Source: Octopus sinensis (lineage: Eukaryota). Taken from it: DNA of 64,000 nt. The position numbers were made by a program, and so were the translations under genes. The DNA lies in the NCBI RefSeq assembly GCF_006345805.1, contig NC_043015.1, positions 6,882,001-6,946,000 of the forward strand. Reading direction: 5' to 3'. Shown one piece after another: positions 37,478-51,796 of the stretch; position 1 is the stretch's first letter; every line of letters starts with the position of its first letter. The notes below the pieces were generated by a model. The model worked only from the letters and a program-made list of their open reading frames with translations, did not search any database and was not told the origin of the DNA.

Positions 37478-37857
37478 GGCGCAGGAGTGGCTGTGTGGTA
37501 AGTAGCTTGTCTACTAACCACATGGTTCCGGGTTCAGTCCCACTGCGTGGCACCTTCTACTATAGCCTCGGGCCGACCAAAGCCTTGTGAGTGGATTTGG
37601 TAGACGGAAACTGAAAGAAGCCCGTCCTATATATGTATATATATATATATGCGTGTCTGTGTTTGTCCAGCTAGCATTGCTTGACAACCGATGCTGGTGT
37701 GTTTATGTCCCTGTTACTTAGCGGTTGGCAAAAGAGACCGATAGAAAATAGTACTGGGCTTACAAGAATAAGTCCCGGGGTCGAGTTGCTCGATTAAATG
37801 CGGTGCTCCAGCATGGCCGCAGTCAAATGACTGAAACAAGTAAAAGAGTAAAAGAGT
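37478..37857 (+). mobile_element. SINE family B
   Basis: Head-core-(TA)n(TG)n-tail, ending TAAAAGAGTAAAAGAG. Confidence 0.88.
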
Positions 37858-37894
37858 ATGCGAATCTGCCTATGTGTGCGTGTGAGCACATTCT

Positions 37895-38494
37895 TATTTA
37901 TTGCTCACGAGGGGCTAAACAAAGAGGGGACAAACAAGGACAAGACGAATGGATTAAGTCGATTACATCGACCCCAGTGCCTAACTGGTACTTCATTTAT
38001 CGACCCCGAAAAGATGAAAGGCAAAGTCGACTTCAGCGGAATTTGAACTCAGAACGTAACGGCAGAAGAAATACCTATTTCTTTACTACCCGCAGGGGGT
38101 TAAACAAAGAGGGGACAAACAATGACAAGACAAATGGATTAAGTCGATTACATCGACTCCAGTGAGTAACTGGTACTTAATTTATCGACCCCGAAAAGAT
38201 GAAAGGCAAAATCGACCTCAGCGGAATTTGAACTCAGAACGTAACGGCAGAAGAAATACCTATTTCTTTACTATCAACAAGGGGCTAAACACAGAGGGGA
38301 CAAACAAGGACAGTCAAATGGATTAAGTCGATTATATCGACCCCAGTGCGTAACTGGTAAATATTTAATCGACCCCGAAACGATGAAAGGCAAAGTCGAC
38401 CTCGGCGGAATTTGAACTCAGAACGTAACAGCAAAGGAAATAACGCTAAGCTTTTCGCCCAGCGTGCTAACGTTTCTGCCAGCTCGCCGCCTTA
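37895..38494 (-). mobile_element. SINE family A trimer with 12-bp TSD
   Basis: Junctions at 38075|38076 and 38260|38261. TGAGCACATTCT occurs at 37883-37894 and 38499-38510. Confidence 0.92.
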
Positions 38495-38870
38495 CGTCTG
38501 AGCACATTCTGCAGCGTGCAGGCATGCGAGAATATGTATGTATGTATGTGTGTATGAGAGAGTGGCTGTTATTTTTAGGGACTGTATCACTTCCCTATAC
38601 ATGCGTGCGTGCGTGTGGAGTGGATGTTTGCTTGAGTGGGCGTAAATGTGAGTGTGCTTAATATGATGTATTTATGATGTATTTATGATTGTGTACGTGG
38701 TTCAGTATATATACGTTAATGTCTCTAGACAGTTTCACACACACGCACAGCCAAGCACGCACACGCACAGACATATGGATGCATATCTACGCAACTTTTT
38801 ATATATGTGTTCATGTATATATATATATATATGTACACATTTATTTGTGCATGTATATATATATATGTGT

Positions 38871-38902
<32 letters not shown>

Positions 38903-39059
38903 ATAGTCAATTATATGAGTGCGTGTGTATAAGCGCATGCGTGTGCGAACCGGCGCGTGTGGTATAGAAACCAGTCTGCGATAGATGATAAACATTAAGT
39001 TTTCGGCATCTAAGGCGCTAGATTTTTGTGCGTGTATATGTGTGTAGAGTGCGTGAGTT

Positions 39060-39134
<75 letters not shown>

Positions 39135-39628
39135 ACTTGTGCTCAAGTAAATATGCGTAGCGTTTTGGAAGTATAAATCTAGCCTCGAGGAAAAAATCAT
39201 AAACAAAGCGCGTATGTTCCTGTGCGTACACGTATAAGTGTGTGTGTGTCTCCATGTTTTCAAAATTTACTGCTTATATTCTTCACACACACACACACAG
39301 CAGCACATAGATATGTATGTATATATGCATGTGTAAACGTGTGCATACATCAACACACACATACATACATATGTGCATGTATATATATATATTTGTGTGT
39401 GTGTGTATGTGTGTGCATATGCATATATATGTCTATATATTTATTATATGTGTGCATATGTATATATATGTCTATATATTTATTATATGTGTGTGCATAT
39501 GTATATATATATGTATATGTATATATGTATATATGTGTATATATATGTGTATATATGTGTGTAATATATGTATATATGTGTGTATATATATATATATGTA
39601 TATATATGTGTGTATATATATATGTATA

Positions 39629-39718
<90 letters not shown>

Positions 39719-39790
39719 CTTATATATAAACACATACATATATATATTTGTATGTGTATGTATATGTGTGTATATATATATGAGTATACG

Positions 39791-40075
39791 CGGAGGCGTA
39801 ATGGCCCAGTGTTTAGAGTAGCGGATACGTGGTTGTGGGATCGCGGTTTCGATTCCCAGACCGGGCTTTGAGAGTGTTTATAGTGCGATACACCTAAAGC
39901 TCCACGAAGCTCCGGCAGGGGTAGGTGTGGCGGTCCCTGCTGTACTCTTTCGCCACAAATTTCTCTCACTCTTTCTTCTGTTGGCCTTCTCGCTTATCCA
40001 GCGGAGTGGCGTCATTTGAAGGCTAAAACAATGTTAAGCGCATTGTGACCAGCGATGCGTAGCAACATCTGATTG
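39791..40075 (+). mobile_element. SINE family C head/core with alternative tail
   Basis: Same head and core as 19830-20210 up to TTTCTCTCACTCT, then an unrelated 3' part (..GGCTAAAACAATG..GACCAGCGATG..). Confidence 0.75.
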
Positions 40076-40224
40076 CCTGTGATATATGAATATATATATA
40101 TATCACTGTGATATATGAATATACATGAATATACACATAAATATATATATATATACACACACACATATATGTATATTATATCAGATATATATGTCATATA
40201 ATATACATACATATATATATTATA

Positions 40225-40270
<46 letters not shown>

Positions 40271-40902
40271 TATATTATATATATACATATATATATATAT
40301 ACATATATACACATATACACACACATTTGTGTATGTGTGTGTTTGTGTATGTATGCGTGTATGTATGTATGATATACTTAGGCACTCCGATGCCCATAGT
40401 TGCAAGGAAACGTAGACACACAGCAGACATACAAATTCGCAGACACACGCACATGCATTCATATATGCGTGTCTTGGCTTATATCTACTTTAACAGTGTG
40501 CCTGTTTGAGCTTATGTGCACCTGTATGTGCCTCTGTGTGCCTCTGTGTGTCTCTGAGTGCCTCTGTCGCTCTGTTTGTCTGTGTGTTTGTGTTAGCGTT
40601 GGAGACTTTGTGCCGGTATAGCTGCTTCTCTTCATTGGTATGTAATGATGTAATATCCAATATCTTACGTAAGCTCGCGGTTGAAGATTTACGGTAATGA
40701 ATATATAGAATTGTGTATAAGGTTATTCTTAATGCAATGTGGAGGGAATGGAAACCGTTTCTACTGGGAATCGAAATTGAGTTCTGGAGGTATTTCACAT
40801 AGAATTTGTAACAACGCGACAGACACAACAAACACCTCACTCTGTATTCTTGGCGCCAGTGAAATTCCATATATATGCATGTATGTATGTATGCATGCAT
40901 GC

Positions 40903-40943
<41 letters not shown>

Positions 40944-41208
40944 TATATATATAAATATATATATGCATACATACATCAATACTTACATGTATATATATAC
41001 ACTTATACACACATATACATGTGTGTGTACTTACATATAAACATATATTCATGCATATATGTGTATGTATACGTATACATACATTATATACTCAAGTGCA
41101 TACATATATAGACATTCATGCATGTGCAAACTTACATACATAAATACACTCCTGCATACCTCAACACACATATACATACATACGTTCATGTATATACATA
41201 TATATATG

Positions 41209-41249
<41 letters not shown>

Positions 41250-41944
41250 CTGTGTGTGTGTGCATATGTATATATGTGTGTGTATCTATATATATATTAT
41301 ATATTTGTACATATATATATGTGTATAGATAGATGGATGGATACATATGTTTGTACATAACAATATTCAATCCTTTTATTCTAATACCGGGGAACCGGCT
41401 CAGGCTTTTTCTTTTTACTTTTTAAAACGTCATGTCTATATATTGCATGACATTCTCTCTCTCTCTCTCTCCCTATCTATCTATCTATCTATCTATCACA
41501 CACACATACGCACACACAATCATATACAATGAAAAAGCGACAGGGTTTTATTTTTATGGATTAACTACTGTTGCGCCCCTCATTGTGACGTTTTCCGAGA
41601 CAATTTTCTCTGCACTCATCAATAATTTATACCCACAATCTATATTATTAACTATTTTCTGACAAAGTTGTGTGATTGGAAGGAGATTTTGCTGGTATTT
41701 TTCGCAGATCTGGTATCTATGTCTCCTATACTCAACGTACTCTATATTGTATCATATATGGTCTAAATTTTGTCATGATGTTAGCTGCTGTTAATGTAGA
41801 TTCGTGTTGCTGATGATGTTGTTTCGCTTCTATTTGATGATGATGACTATGATGATGATGATAACGATGTTGTATTCTTCTTCTTCCAGTCAGGACTCGC
41901 GCCATTAACCACATTGAATAATCTCTAATTCGAGCCTACTCTAA

Positions 41945-42362
41945 GCTACTAAGAATGCGTGTGGCAACTTGAAGATCCACCCTCCACACGCAATAGACTG
42001 GCGGTTGCACGGGCTAGAAAGCTACGTTGTTATCCTCATTCCGTAAACGGTGGCTTTTAACGGGTGGAGAGCTGAACCATCCTGGGGTACAGAGGATTCG
42101 CAATTTAGACTAGGGTCTGAAAGTTTGCCACACCATAGTGGGTTACACCATGGTTCCTCTGCTTTGTGGCAGAAGTAGGTAGAAAGAGTGAGAGAAAGTT
42201 GTGGTGAAAGAGTACAGTGGGGTTCACCACTACCCCTGCCGGAGCCTCGTGGAGCTTAGATGATTTTGCTCAATAACCACTCACAATGCCTGGTCTGGGA
42301 ATCGAAACCGCGTTCTTACGACCGCGAGTCCGCTGCCCTAACCACTGGGTTATTGCGCCTCC
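41945..42362 (-). mobile_element. SINE family C head/core with a third tail
   Basis: Head at 42300-42362 and core to ~42185, then a ~240-bp tail unrelated to the other C copies. Confidence 0.75.
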
Positions 42363-44292
42363 ACTGACTCTGTTGTGGCCGTTGTCGCCATAATTGTTTT
42401 GCTTGTCGTCATCTCGATCCTGTATTGGAATTTTTTTCAAAAATGTTTACAGAATTTTAACTCCTTCGAAATGTCCTTCTTATATTACAAAACCTTATAT
42501 GAGGAAGTTTGAGCAATTATTTTTAGCACTTCACCCCCTTAGTCCCTTATTTAATAGCTGCTTGCCTTGTTACTGATGCTGAATTTGTTTTTGTTATTTT
42601 ATGGTAACTTGGCAGAGGTCTTGTTAAATAAAATCATTTAAGAGATTATCCATTCTCCCTTTCAATGATTTGAATGAGATTGGCTGTGATTTCTACCAGA
42701 TCAAGAAATAACGTATAGACGCCCTTGTTCATTCGTAATGTTTCATTACATAGTAAATTCGTCGAGCGTGACTTAAATCAGACGTTGCGCAGTTGTTCAG
42801 ATATTTATAGCACCTCTTCCTTCTCTCACTCCCTCTTCCTCTCCCTCTCTCTCTCTCTCTCTCTTCCTCTCCTTTCTCTCTTCTCCTTTGACTTTGTCAC
42901 TATCTTTTTGCTTACCTTTTTCTTGCTCTCTATTTCAATCCCTCTGTCTACCTCTGCTTTCTATGTCTCGCTATCCACCTCCGTTGCTCTCCCTATCTCT
43001 GCCTCTTTGTCTATCTCTGTCCTTGTTTCTAACTCTGCCTCTCTGTCAACCTATCTTTATATCTCCGTCTTCTCTCTACCTCTATTTTTCTCTCTATCTC
43101 TGTCCCTCTGTCCACCTCAGTCTATGTCTCTATCTCTGTGTCAATCTCCGCTTGTTTTTCTCTCCGTCTGTCTGTCAACGTCTGTCTCTCTCCTTCTCTC
43201 TCCTTCTCTCTCCCTCCCTCCCTCCGTGTCACTTTACCTGTTTTGGCCTCTGCCTCGCTCCCACCTTTCTCTCCCTTGTAACTCAACCGTGATATGCTTT
43301 ATAAAGTCGATGTATTCAATATTGTTTCTATAACACTGCAAGCTATAAGACACCACCTTAACGGTTTTACTATAATCATTTCAGGTTTGCTGCCATCCCT
43401 AACAACAGGGCTTTGATAGCGATTGATTTAAAGCATTGGTTTTTCTTTCTTCCCTTCCACCTTTCTTTCTTTCTTCCCTTCCTTCTTTCTTTCTTTTTAT
43501 TCTCGTGTAACTTCAATCAGATGAAACTCTGTGATAGAACACACAGCACGTTATGCATCGGCAGGACCTGCATACTTGACAAATGTTAAATGTCTTCTTA
43601 ATTTGAATTCGCAGTGAGTTCATCTCTAGCAGAGTGTAAAGCAGGAGGAAGTAAAACAAAAAAAGTAATAAAGAATTTGATGAGCAGAATTACCTTAAAT
43701 GCACAACACTGAACACGATAACAGAACAAGGCAAAAGAACATTGCAGAGTTCATTTTGCAATATAATAATAGTTCAAGTCGCTAGGAACAATATCTACAA
43801 ACTGCTGGTATATTAAAAGTAGAAACTTCGCGAATATTCTGTACAAAGTATCCAACATTAACCGAAATTAAAGCTAACCTCCCATTTTTCACCCACTTTT
43901 GATATTTCTGGATAGATTAGATTTGCGAGCGGCGAGTTGACGAAGCGGTAGTGATATGAGTACGTTACAATGTCCGATAATATTTTTATTCAGTTGCGGT
44001 ATTTCGTCTGTCTTTACGTTCTGAGTTCAAATTCCGCTGCAGTAAACAGCTTGTGGATTCAAATCTACAAGGAATTATACCTACTGAAATAAAAATAATG
44101 GTTTCTCATGTAAGTACAAGTTCCTCGACCCTTGTGTATGACTGGTATTATATACACCTGACTCCAGAAGGATGAGAAGCAATGGTGGTCGGGACGGGTA
44201 TTGCACTCATAATTTAAAGAATCATAATAAATATCGAAAAGTATTTTGTCGAACGTTTTAGTCTTAACCAGGTCACCACTGAAGATAATTAA

Positions 44293-44512
44293 CCGTTTTG
44301 TTACTAACCCGGCCAAAACCGGCTCTGGCTCTGTGGTAAAATGTCTTGTTTTCATAAGTTTTGAATTAAAATATTCCACCAAGCCTTGGTCACAATTTAC
44401 GTTCCTAACACTAGATTAATGATAACTAAGTTATTTTACTAAATTCTTTGTTATATTTAAAATAATTGAAAGAAACGCAGAGCTTCTCAAAATAAATACA
44501 GTAACGAAAAGG
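44293..44512. mobile_element. piggyBac-type MITE
   Basis: TTAA occurs at 44289-44292 and 44513-44516. The termini CCGTTTTGTTACT and AGTAACGAAAAGG are inverted repeats (11/13). Confidence 0.75.
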
Positions 44513-46707
44513 TTAATATAAACCATGATCATGTTTTTATATAAATAATTATCTTATTGATATAGATTAATCTTAGGTACATTTATTGTATAATTATATT
44601 CCAAACTAGCTTTTTTTAATCTATGTTTAGAAATTTGTTAACGTTTTTTTTTTCTTTTTGGGTGGGGGCCAGGAATATTCTGTAGTATGTCATCGGATTA
44701 TAAACGTATGATAAGTTTATATTTTGGATCCTAGGGAAATAATGGTTTCGCTTTGCGTAGTTTCGCCTTTAGTTGCACCTGTCAAATTAAGTGAAATAAA
44801 TATCGCAGAGGCTTTGCTTCACGCAGAACTTGTAGGCGTTACTCACAGTTATTACATACTCGTTTGAATCCATCGCAATATCGGTAGCTTTTCCGTATCA
44901 TCAGCAGATATGTCAGGGTCACAGACATTTCGACCCTTAACCTGCACACTTCGCCCGAGGATGGCAGCTAGAATTGAATTATCCTTTGCTTGCGGAAGGG
45001 TTCCACTTTGCAGATGACAAGGTAGTTTGTCAATCACAACTAGCTCGTAATCAACATTTAGCAAAGAATGATTGTGTATAAGTGTGTGTGTATGTGCTTG
45101 TGTGTATGTATGATTGCGTAAATATATATGTATTACACACACACATTGTGTGTGAGAGAGTGTTAGAACGAATTCATATCTACAAACTAACCATATTAGG
45201 TCATCGCTACGCTAGCTTGCGTTTCATTATTAAAATCATTAATTGTGTTAAACCTTTATTGGCGGTAGTTTTGTTCAATCAGTTTTGCTAATTAATTTTA
45301 AATACGAATGTATATATTTGTCATGCTTTAAATGATTTACTGGGGTCGGGGGATGCTGTTTGGTCGGATGACTCTAATTTGACTACACGGGGTTGCAATA
45401 TTAGCATCGAGATTTTAAGTAGCATTCTGCTTTATGTCAATCATAACCTAAATCTAAATGGTCCTACGAAACACACTGCTGAGTGGATACCGAATCAGAC
45501 AAATGCATCAGGAAGTTGCAATTATTCTCTTTTAGAATATATAGGTTATCATCCTCGACATTATTTAACGGAGGAGGAAACCTCATCAAGATCTGCGATC
45601 ATAAGTATTCCAGCCGTGACCATTCCGTTCCCATTCCAACTTTTTATGAGGACGCAAAAACGGCATTATCTGATGTGCGTCGTCATTTTGTATGACAGTA
45701 GTTTCTGGCTTTAATGCAATGGTGTTACTGCCATTTCTAGCGGGTCAAGCACCCTCGTATATATTCCCTTGTTGATTCGCATAGTTTGCGTGTTCTCACA
45801 GAAATATTTTAAGAGCAATACTAAATACATGCCTTTCTAGAGAAATAATTCATTAAAATCTCTCTGGAATATTATGTAATAACTCTATTACCATGCCATA
45901 TAAATTGACTCGATATGAATAGATCGATTGTCAATTTAATGAGAACTCTATTGATCAGTTCTCTTTTTATGAAAAATATTAACATACATATTTTTCATAT
46001 TCATACTAAAATTAATTTTTTTTTCTTTTACCTCTGTAGGCTGACGTCAAAATGAGAAGGCATTTCAATTCAATACATCAAAGTAATATGGAGCTATTTG
46101 TTGAGTTCTCCGACTCACCCTTGCGTATGAAAGAAAGGCCTGGAGCACAATTTGCAACCAAATATATATAAATCCGTTCCAATTTCCGGACCCCACTTCC
46201 TATGATCTTCTCTAGTCTAGGACCAAACTTAATAAAGTCACAACTGCATCCCATTTTCTACCTCCGTTCTTATGAGTTCCTTGACAACACATAATTTAAG
46301 TAACATTCGACATAAACTATTGCTCCTATATTTGAGACGGTGTTCCTCCTGCTAGATCCAGAAATATCATAAGCTAAATAAAATAGCCCATGCTATAGAT
46401 TATTCCCAATGCAACCTTTGGGCTACAACACATTTATCTCTCCAAACAAGCTTCTTCTTCGCTTCTAGAGTGACGTCAATGTTTTTAATCAATTATTTGC
46501 AAATTCTTAATGACAGACACGTTGCACTACGAGCTAGCTGACTCTCCTTTCACTACTGTATTGGTCTCAGCTCTTCCAACTATTTAGTCACAAATACTCG
46601 TTCGTTAACACACTACAACCATTGCGCTACAACTTGTCTTTTCCCTTAGCCTTCTCTATCGCTGTTACACTTGCCCCGTTCTCTGTAGTAGCTGTCTATA
46701 CATTACC

Positions 46708-47490
46708 TATTTCTTTACTACCCACAAGGGGCTAAACACAGAGGGGACAAACAAGACAGACAAACAGATTAAGTCGATTATATCGACTCCAGTGCGTAAC
46801 TGGTACTTATTTAATCGACCCCGAAAAGATGAAAGGCAAAGTCGACCTCGGCGGAATTTGAACTCAGAACGTAGCGGCAGACGAAATTCCTATTTCTTTA
46901 TTACCCACAAGGGGCTAAACTTAGAGGGGACAAACAAGGACAGACAAACGGATTAAGTCGATTATATCGACCCCAGTGTGTAACTGGTATTTATTTAATC
47001 GACTCCGAAAGGATGAAAGGCAAAATCGACCTCGGCGGAATTTGAACTCACAACGTAACGACAGACGAAATACCTATTTCTTTATTACCCACAAGGGGCT
47101 AAACTTAGAGGGGACAAACAAGGACAGACAAACGATTAAGTCGATTATATCGACCCCAGTGTGTAACTGGTATTTATTTAATCGACTCCGAAAGGATGAA
47201 AGGCAAAATCGACCTCGGCGGAATTGAACTCAGAACGTAGCGGCAGACGAAATACCTATTTCTTTATTACCCACAAGGGGCTAAACTTAGAGGGGACAAA
47301 CAAGGACAGACATAGGTATTAAGTCGATTACATCGACCCCAGTGCGTAACTGGTATTTAATTCATCGACCCCGAAAGGATGAAAGGTAAAGTCGACCTCG
47401 GCGGAATTTGAACTCACAAGGTAACGACAGACGAAATACCGCTAAGCATTTCGCCCGGCGTGCTAACGCTTCTGCCAGCTCGCCGCCTTA
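46708..47490 (-). mobile_element. SINE family A tetramer with 12-bp TSD
   Basis: Four ~182-184-bp units with junctions at 46890, 47074 and 47256 and a single head. CTATACATTACC occurs at 46696-46707 and 47494-47505. Confidence 0.95.
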
Positions 47491-47794
47491 TGCCTATACA
47501 TTACCACCACCATTCCACCTCCTACTCATTTTACACATTCTGAGACTCATCCTTCACATGAACTACATCAGCTAAGAAAGCCAACTTCAAGTAAGCGTGC
47601 ATAAGCTGGCTACAAGATGTGGTCTGTGAGATTCCAAGAATAACCTTACATAGATGATATTCATTTGTGATGATCGTAGCTTGCAGCTATTTTGCTTTTC
47701 TACATTGTCATTGCCATTTATAATCATAGATTTATTCAGAAGAATGTATTGGTACAAACGATAGATCATTGAACAAAATGTCTCACGGCACTCT

Positions 47795-48036
47795 CTCTTT
47801 ACTCTTTTACTCTTTTACTTGTTTCAGTCATTTGACTGCGGCAATGCTGGAGCACCGCCTTTAATCGAGCAACTCGACCCCGGGACTTATTCTTTTTTTG
47901 TAAGCCCAGTACTTATTCTATCGGTCTCCTTTGCCGAACCGCTTAGTAACGGGGACATAAACACACCAGCATCGGTTGTCAAGCAATGCTAGGGGGACAC
48001 ACACAGACACACATACACACACAACACACACACATA

Positions 48037-48090
<54 letters not shown>

Positions 48091-48288
48091 TATATTATAT
48101 ATATATTATATATATTACACATATATACGACGGGCTTCTTTAAGTTTCCGTCTACCAAATCACTCACAAGGCTTTGGTCGGCCTGAGGCTATAGTAGAAG
48201 ACACTTGCCCAAGGTGCCACGCAGTGGGACTGAACCCGGAACCATGTGGTTGGTAAACAAGCTACTTACCACACAGCCACTCCTGTGC
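47795..48288 (-). mobile_element. SINE family B, full length
   Basis: (CTCTTTTA)3 tail, internal (CA)n(TA)n at ~47997-48127 and head ending at ~48288. Confidence 0.9.
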
Positions 48289-48802
48289 CTATACGATTCG
48301 ATTCTTTATGTTCCGCGTTCAAAATCCGCTAAGGACAATATTGACTTTCATCCATCTGCGGTCGAGAAAATAAAGTCGCAGTGTCAATATAATCAAGTAA
48401 CGCAATCTCCTCAAAACTGCTGGCCTTGCGCTTAAATTAAAATCCAGTTTATTATAATTGATAACCTCACTTTCTTACAGGAAACACATCAATCACTGTC
48501 TATGTTTGTATTTTGTTTTGTACTTTGGAGAACGAAGCCAAAAGGAATGGGGAGAGTGCGAAGCTAAAAGGGCTTCCAGTAAATTTTATGAAAAGTAAGA
48601 GACCTCTATAGTATATGCCTTTATGTTTGCAGTAAAAACTAAGGTTAGCTGGAGAAGCTCTATGCATTTGTTGCATCAAGATTATCGAGGATAGGCAGGG
48701 ATGCCCCGAATCATTGTAGTTTCCACACTAAGCAGCATTATTATTCTTATTTTGTTGTTCCATTTTGGTAACGTTGTTTTATTATGCGATTGTGTCTTTA
48801 CT

Positions 48803-49206
48803 CTTGACTCTTTTACTTGTTTCTGTCATTTGACTGCGGCCATGCTGGAGCACCGCCTTTAGTCGAGCAAATCGACCCCAGGACTTAATCTGTGTAAGCC
48901 TAGTACTTGTTCTATCGGTCTCTTTTGCCGAACCGCTAAGTTACTGGAATGTAAACAAACTAGCACCTGTTGTTAAGCGATGTTGGGGGAGGGGACGAAC
49001 ATAGACACACAAACATATACACACACATACATATATATATATATGATGGGCTTATTTCAGTTTCCGTCTACCAAATGCATTCACAAGGCTTTGGTCGGCC
49101 CGAGGCTATAGTAGAAGACACTTGTCGAAGGTGCCACGCAGTGGGATTGAATCCGGAACCATGTGGTTGGTAAGCAAGCTACTTACCACACAGCTACTCC
49201 TGCGCC
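48803..49206 (-). mobile_element. SINE family B, full length
   Basis: Same architecture as 47795-48288. Confidence 0.88.
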
Positions 49207-50870
49207 TATTATTATTTATCCCATTCGTTCACTCAATGAAAATACACTTGTTTCGTATTGTTTTTTTTATTATGCCTTTCCCCTGTAAACTCTTCTTGAT
49301 ATCTTGACATTTGCGACCAATGAAAGAAATCAATAGTGTTACCGGGGAAGGTTTAGCAGAAACGTCAGAGCGTCTGGCAATGTTTTGATCTAATTGTTTC
49401 GGCACTTTTGGTCCTGAGTTCAATTTGCCACGAGACAAACATCAACAGTCATTTATCAGGGGCCAATAAAATAAATGCAGTCGAGCGAAGACGTCGAATT
49501 AATCGACAGTTTCTCTCCTTGAAATATTCTAGTCAAGAAATATAAACAATATGATTTAGATCTGCGATGTGGCAGAACAGCTGTGGAGTCAGACAAAAGA
49601 TACATGTGAATATTTATTCCGGTTCTTTACAATCTGAAATCAACTCGCATCGGTAACAGTTTTTCTTTTCTTCCCTAGGGGTACATACAATAAAGCAGCA
49701 GTCATGTATGAAGCAACGGTGATTGGTAGTACCCTCACAAGAGAATATAGGACCTTGTGCCTAACTTAGATACTCTTGGCACAGTCGTTTGAGCGCCGCT
49801 CAAAATGTCTTGCATTATTTATTCCGGCTCAGTAGGATCTGCATTCAAATCCTAACGAGTTGAGCTTTCAATAGTAGCAGTAAAATATTGAGTCGCTTCA
49901 ACACATCAGTGAAATATGTAACTTTTTTTTTTTTGATAAGTGTTTCTCCCCCGTTACTTAGCCTCTCTGTAACGATTTCATGTGATTAGTAGAAGAGAAA
50001 ATTGAAGAGCGAGAGAAAAGAGGGGGAGAAAGAAAAGGATAGACAGAGAACGAAGATAAAGCAAAGACTGAAAGGGGAAGAGTGCTGTATATTAAGTCTA
50101 TAACATTGTGAATAGCGTATATAAAGTGTATATATAATGTGCCTTCAGTATTCATCATATTCCAATTTCCTTCACTTTTCAACGAGTAGCAGATGCATTA
50201 CACTTTCAGATTTTTGGATAAAGTTTTCAGAAATATCTCAATAAATTCACCATTAATTCCGAAAAAAACTATCCACGGTTCCCGATAGTCATTATTATTA
50301 ATATTATGAATCCGGGGAACTGGCAGAATCGTTAGCACACCGGGCAAAATGATCAGGGGCATCTCATCCGTCCTAAGCCATCTGAGTTAAAATTCTCCCG
50401 GGGTCAACTTTACCTGTCTTTCTTTCGGGCTCGATAAAATAACTATCAGTTAAACACGGGCATCAACGTAATCACCTCACCTCCTACATCGAAATAGCTA
50501 GTTTCGTACCAAATTTAAAACCAAAACCAAAACCACCATCATCATCATCATCATCATTATCATTGAGGCAACGAGCTGGCAGAATCGTTAGCACGCTGGA
50601 TGAAATGCTTAGCGGTATTTCGCCCGTCGCTACGTTCTGAGTTCGAATTCCACCGAGGTCAACTTTGCCTTTCATCCTTTCGGGGTCGATAACTTAAGTA
50701 CCAGTTGAACACTGGAGTCTATGAACACTGGAGTCTATGTAATCGATTAGTCCCCTCCCCCAGAATTTCTGCCCTTGTGGCAAAATTTGTAAATATAATT
50801 ATTAATATTATTAATTTTTAATGATAATAGCAATATTATTATTATTACTATTAATAGTAATAATTAATTG

Positions 50871-51048
50871 TGAAGGTGCATAGCTCAGTGGTTGGAGCGT
50901 CGAGTTTACGATTGTGAGGTTGTGAGTTCGATTCCCGGTATGCATGGGCAACTACTGGCCTTCCACAATCAACCTTGCGCAGACTTGTGCCTCGGAGGGT
51001 AACTTTCTAGGTGCAATCCCATGGTCATTTATGACTGAAGGGGTTTCA
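50871..51048 (+). mobile_element. further tRNA-derived SINE (internally shortened)
   Basis: A box TAGCTCAGTGG and B box GAGTTCGATTCC, followed by a non-tRNA body ending CCCATGGTCATTTATGACTGAAGGGG. Confidence 0.6.
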
Positions 51049-51076
51049 TCCACCACTATTACTATTATTAATATTA

Positions 51077-51116
<40 letters not shown>

Positions 51117-51172
51117 ATTGTTATTATTAATAATGATAATAATAATATTATTATTATTATTACTATTATAAA

Positions 51173-51221
<49 letters not shown>

Positions 51222-51763
51222 TATGAATTTTTTTCCCTTACATTCACTAGCCACGCTTCATATCTCACCTGTTTGTAAATAATCCTTTAATCCCATAAGT
51301 TTTGATAATGCAAGTGTAATCAGTACATTGCGTCGCATTTAATCAAATCACATTGCTGCTTGTAATCTACTAAATACAGATCTTATATTACCTACTTTTT
51401 TTTTCCTTAAGTAATAATTCATACTCTACTTTTTCCTTCTTTCCCCTATCTCTGAAGTTCTTTCCGCTTATATACCTTTATCTCACACATTTTTATTATT
51501 CGATTTAATTTATCGCAGCTAAGATATGAATTTTATAACGTTTTCTTAAATTACTGATTTCCACATCCCACCTCTTCCCTCTCTTTTTCTCTCTATATAT
51601 ATCTATCTCTCTTTACTACCTAGCACCACACATCCATACACATACATATATGTGTATACATACAGGCACATGCCTACGTAGACACACAAACACACTCTTA
51701 TATATATATACACACTTGTGTAAGTGTGTATGTGTGTATATATATATATATATAATATATAAT

Positions 51764-51796
<33 letters not shown>

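Noticed and set aside
46040-46690. Possible old retroelement coding remnant or terminal exon
   Set aside because: Frames are riddled with stops and I could not identify any diagnostic motif.
46708-47490. CRISPR-like or ribozyme-satellite reading of the ~183-bp tandem units
   Set aside because: There are no unique spacers, the units are SINE bodies, and I found no hammerhead (CTGANGA/GAAA) or HDV-like fold in either strand of the unit.
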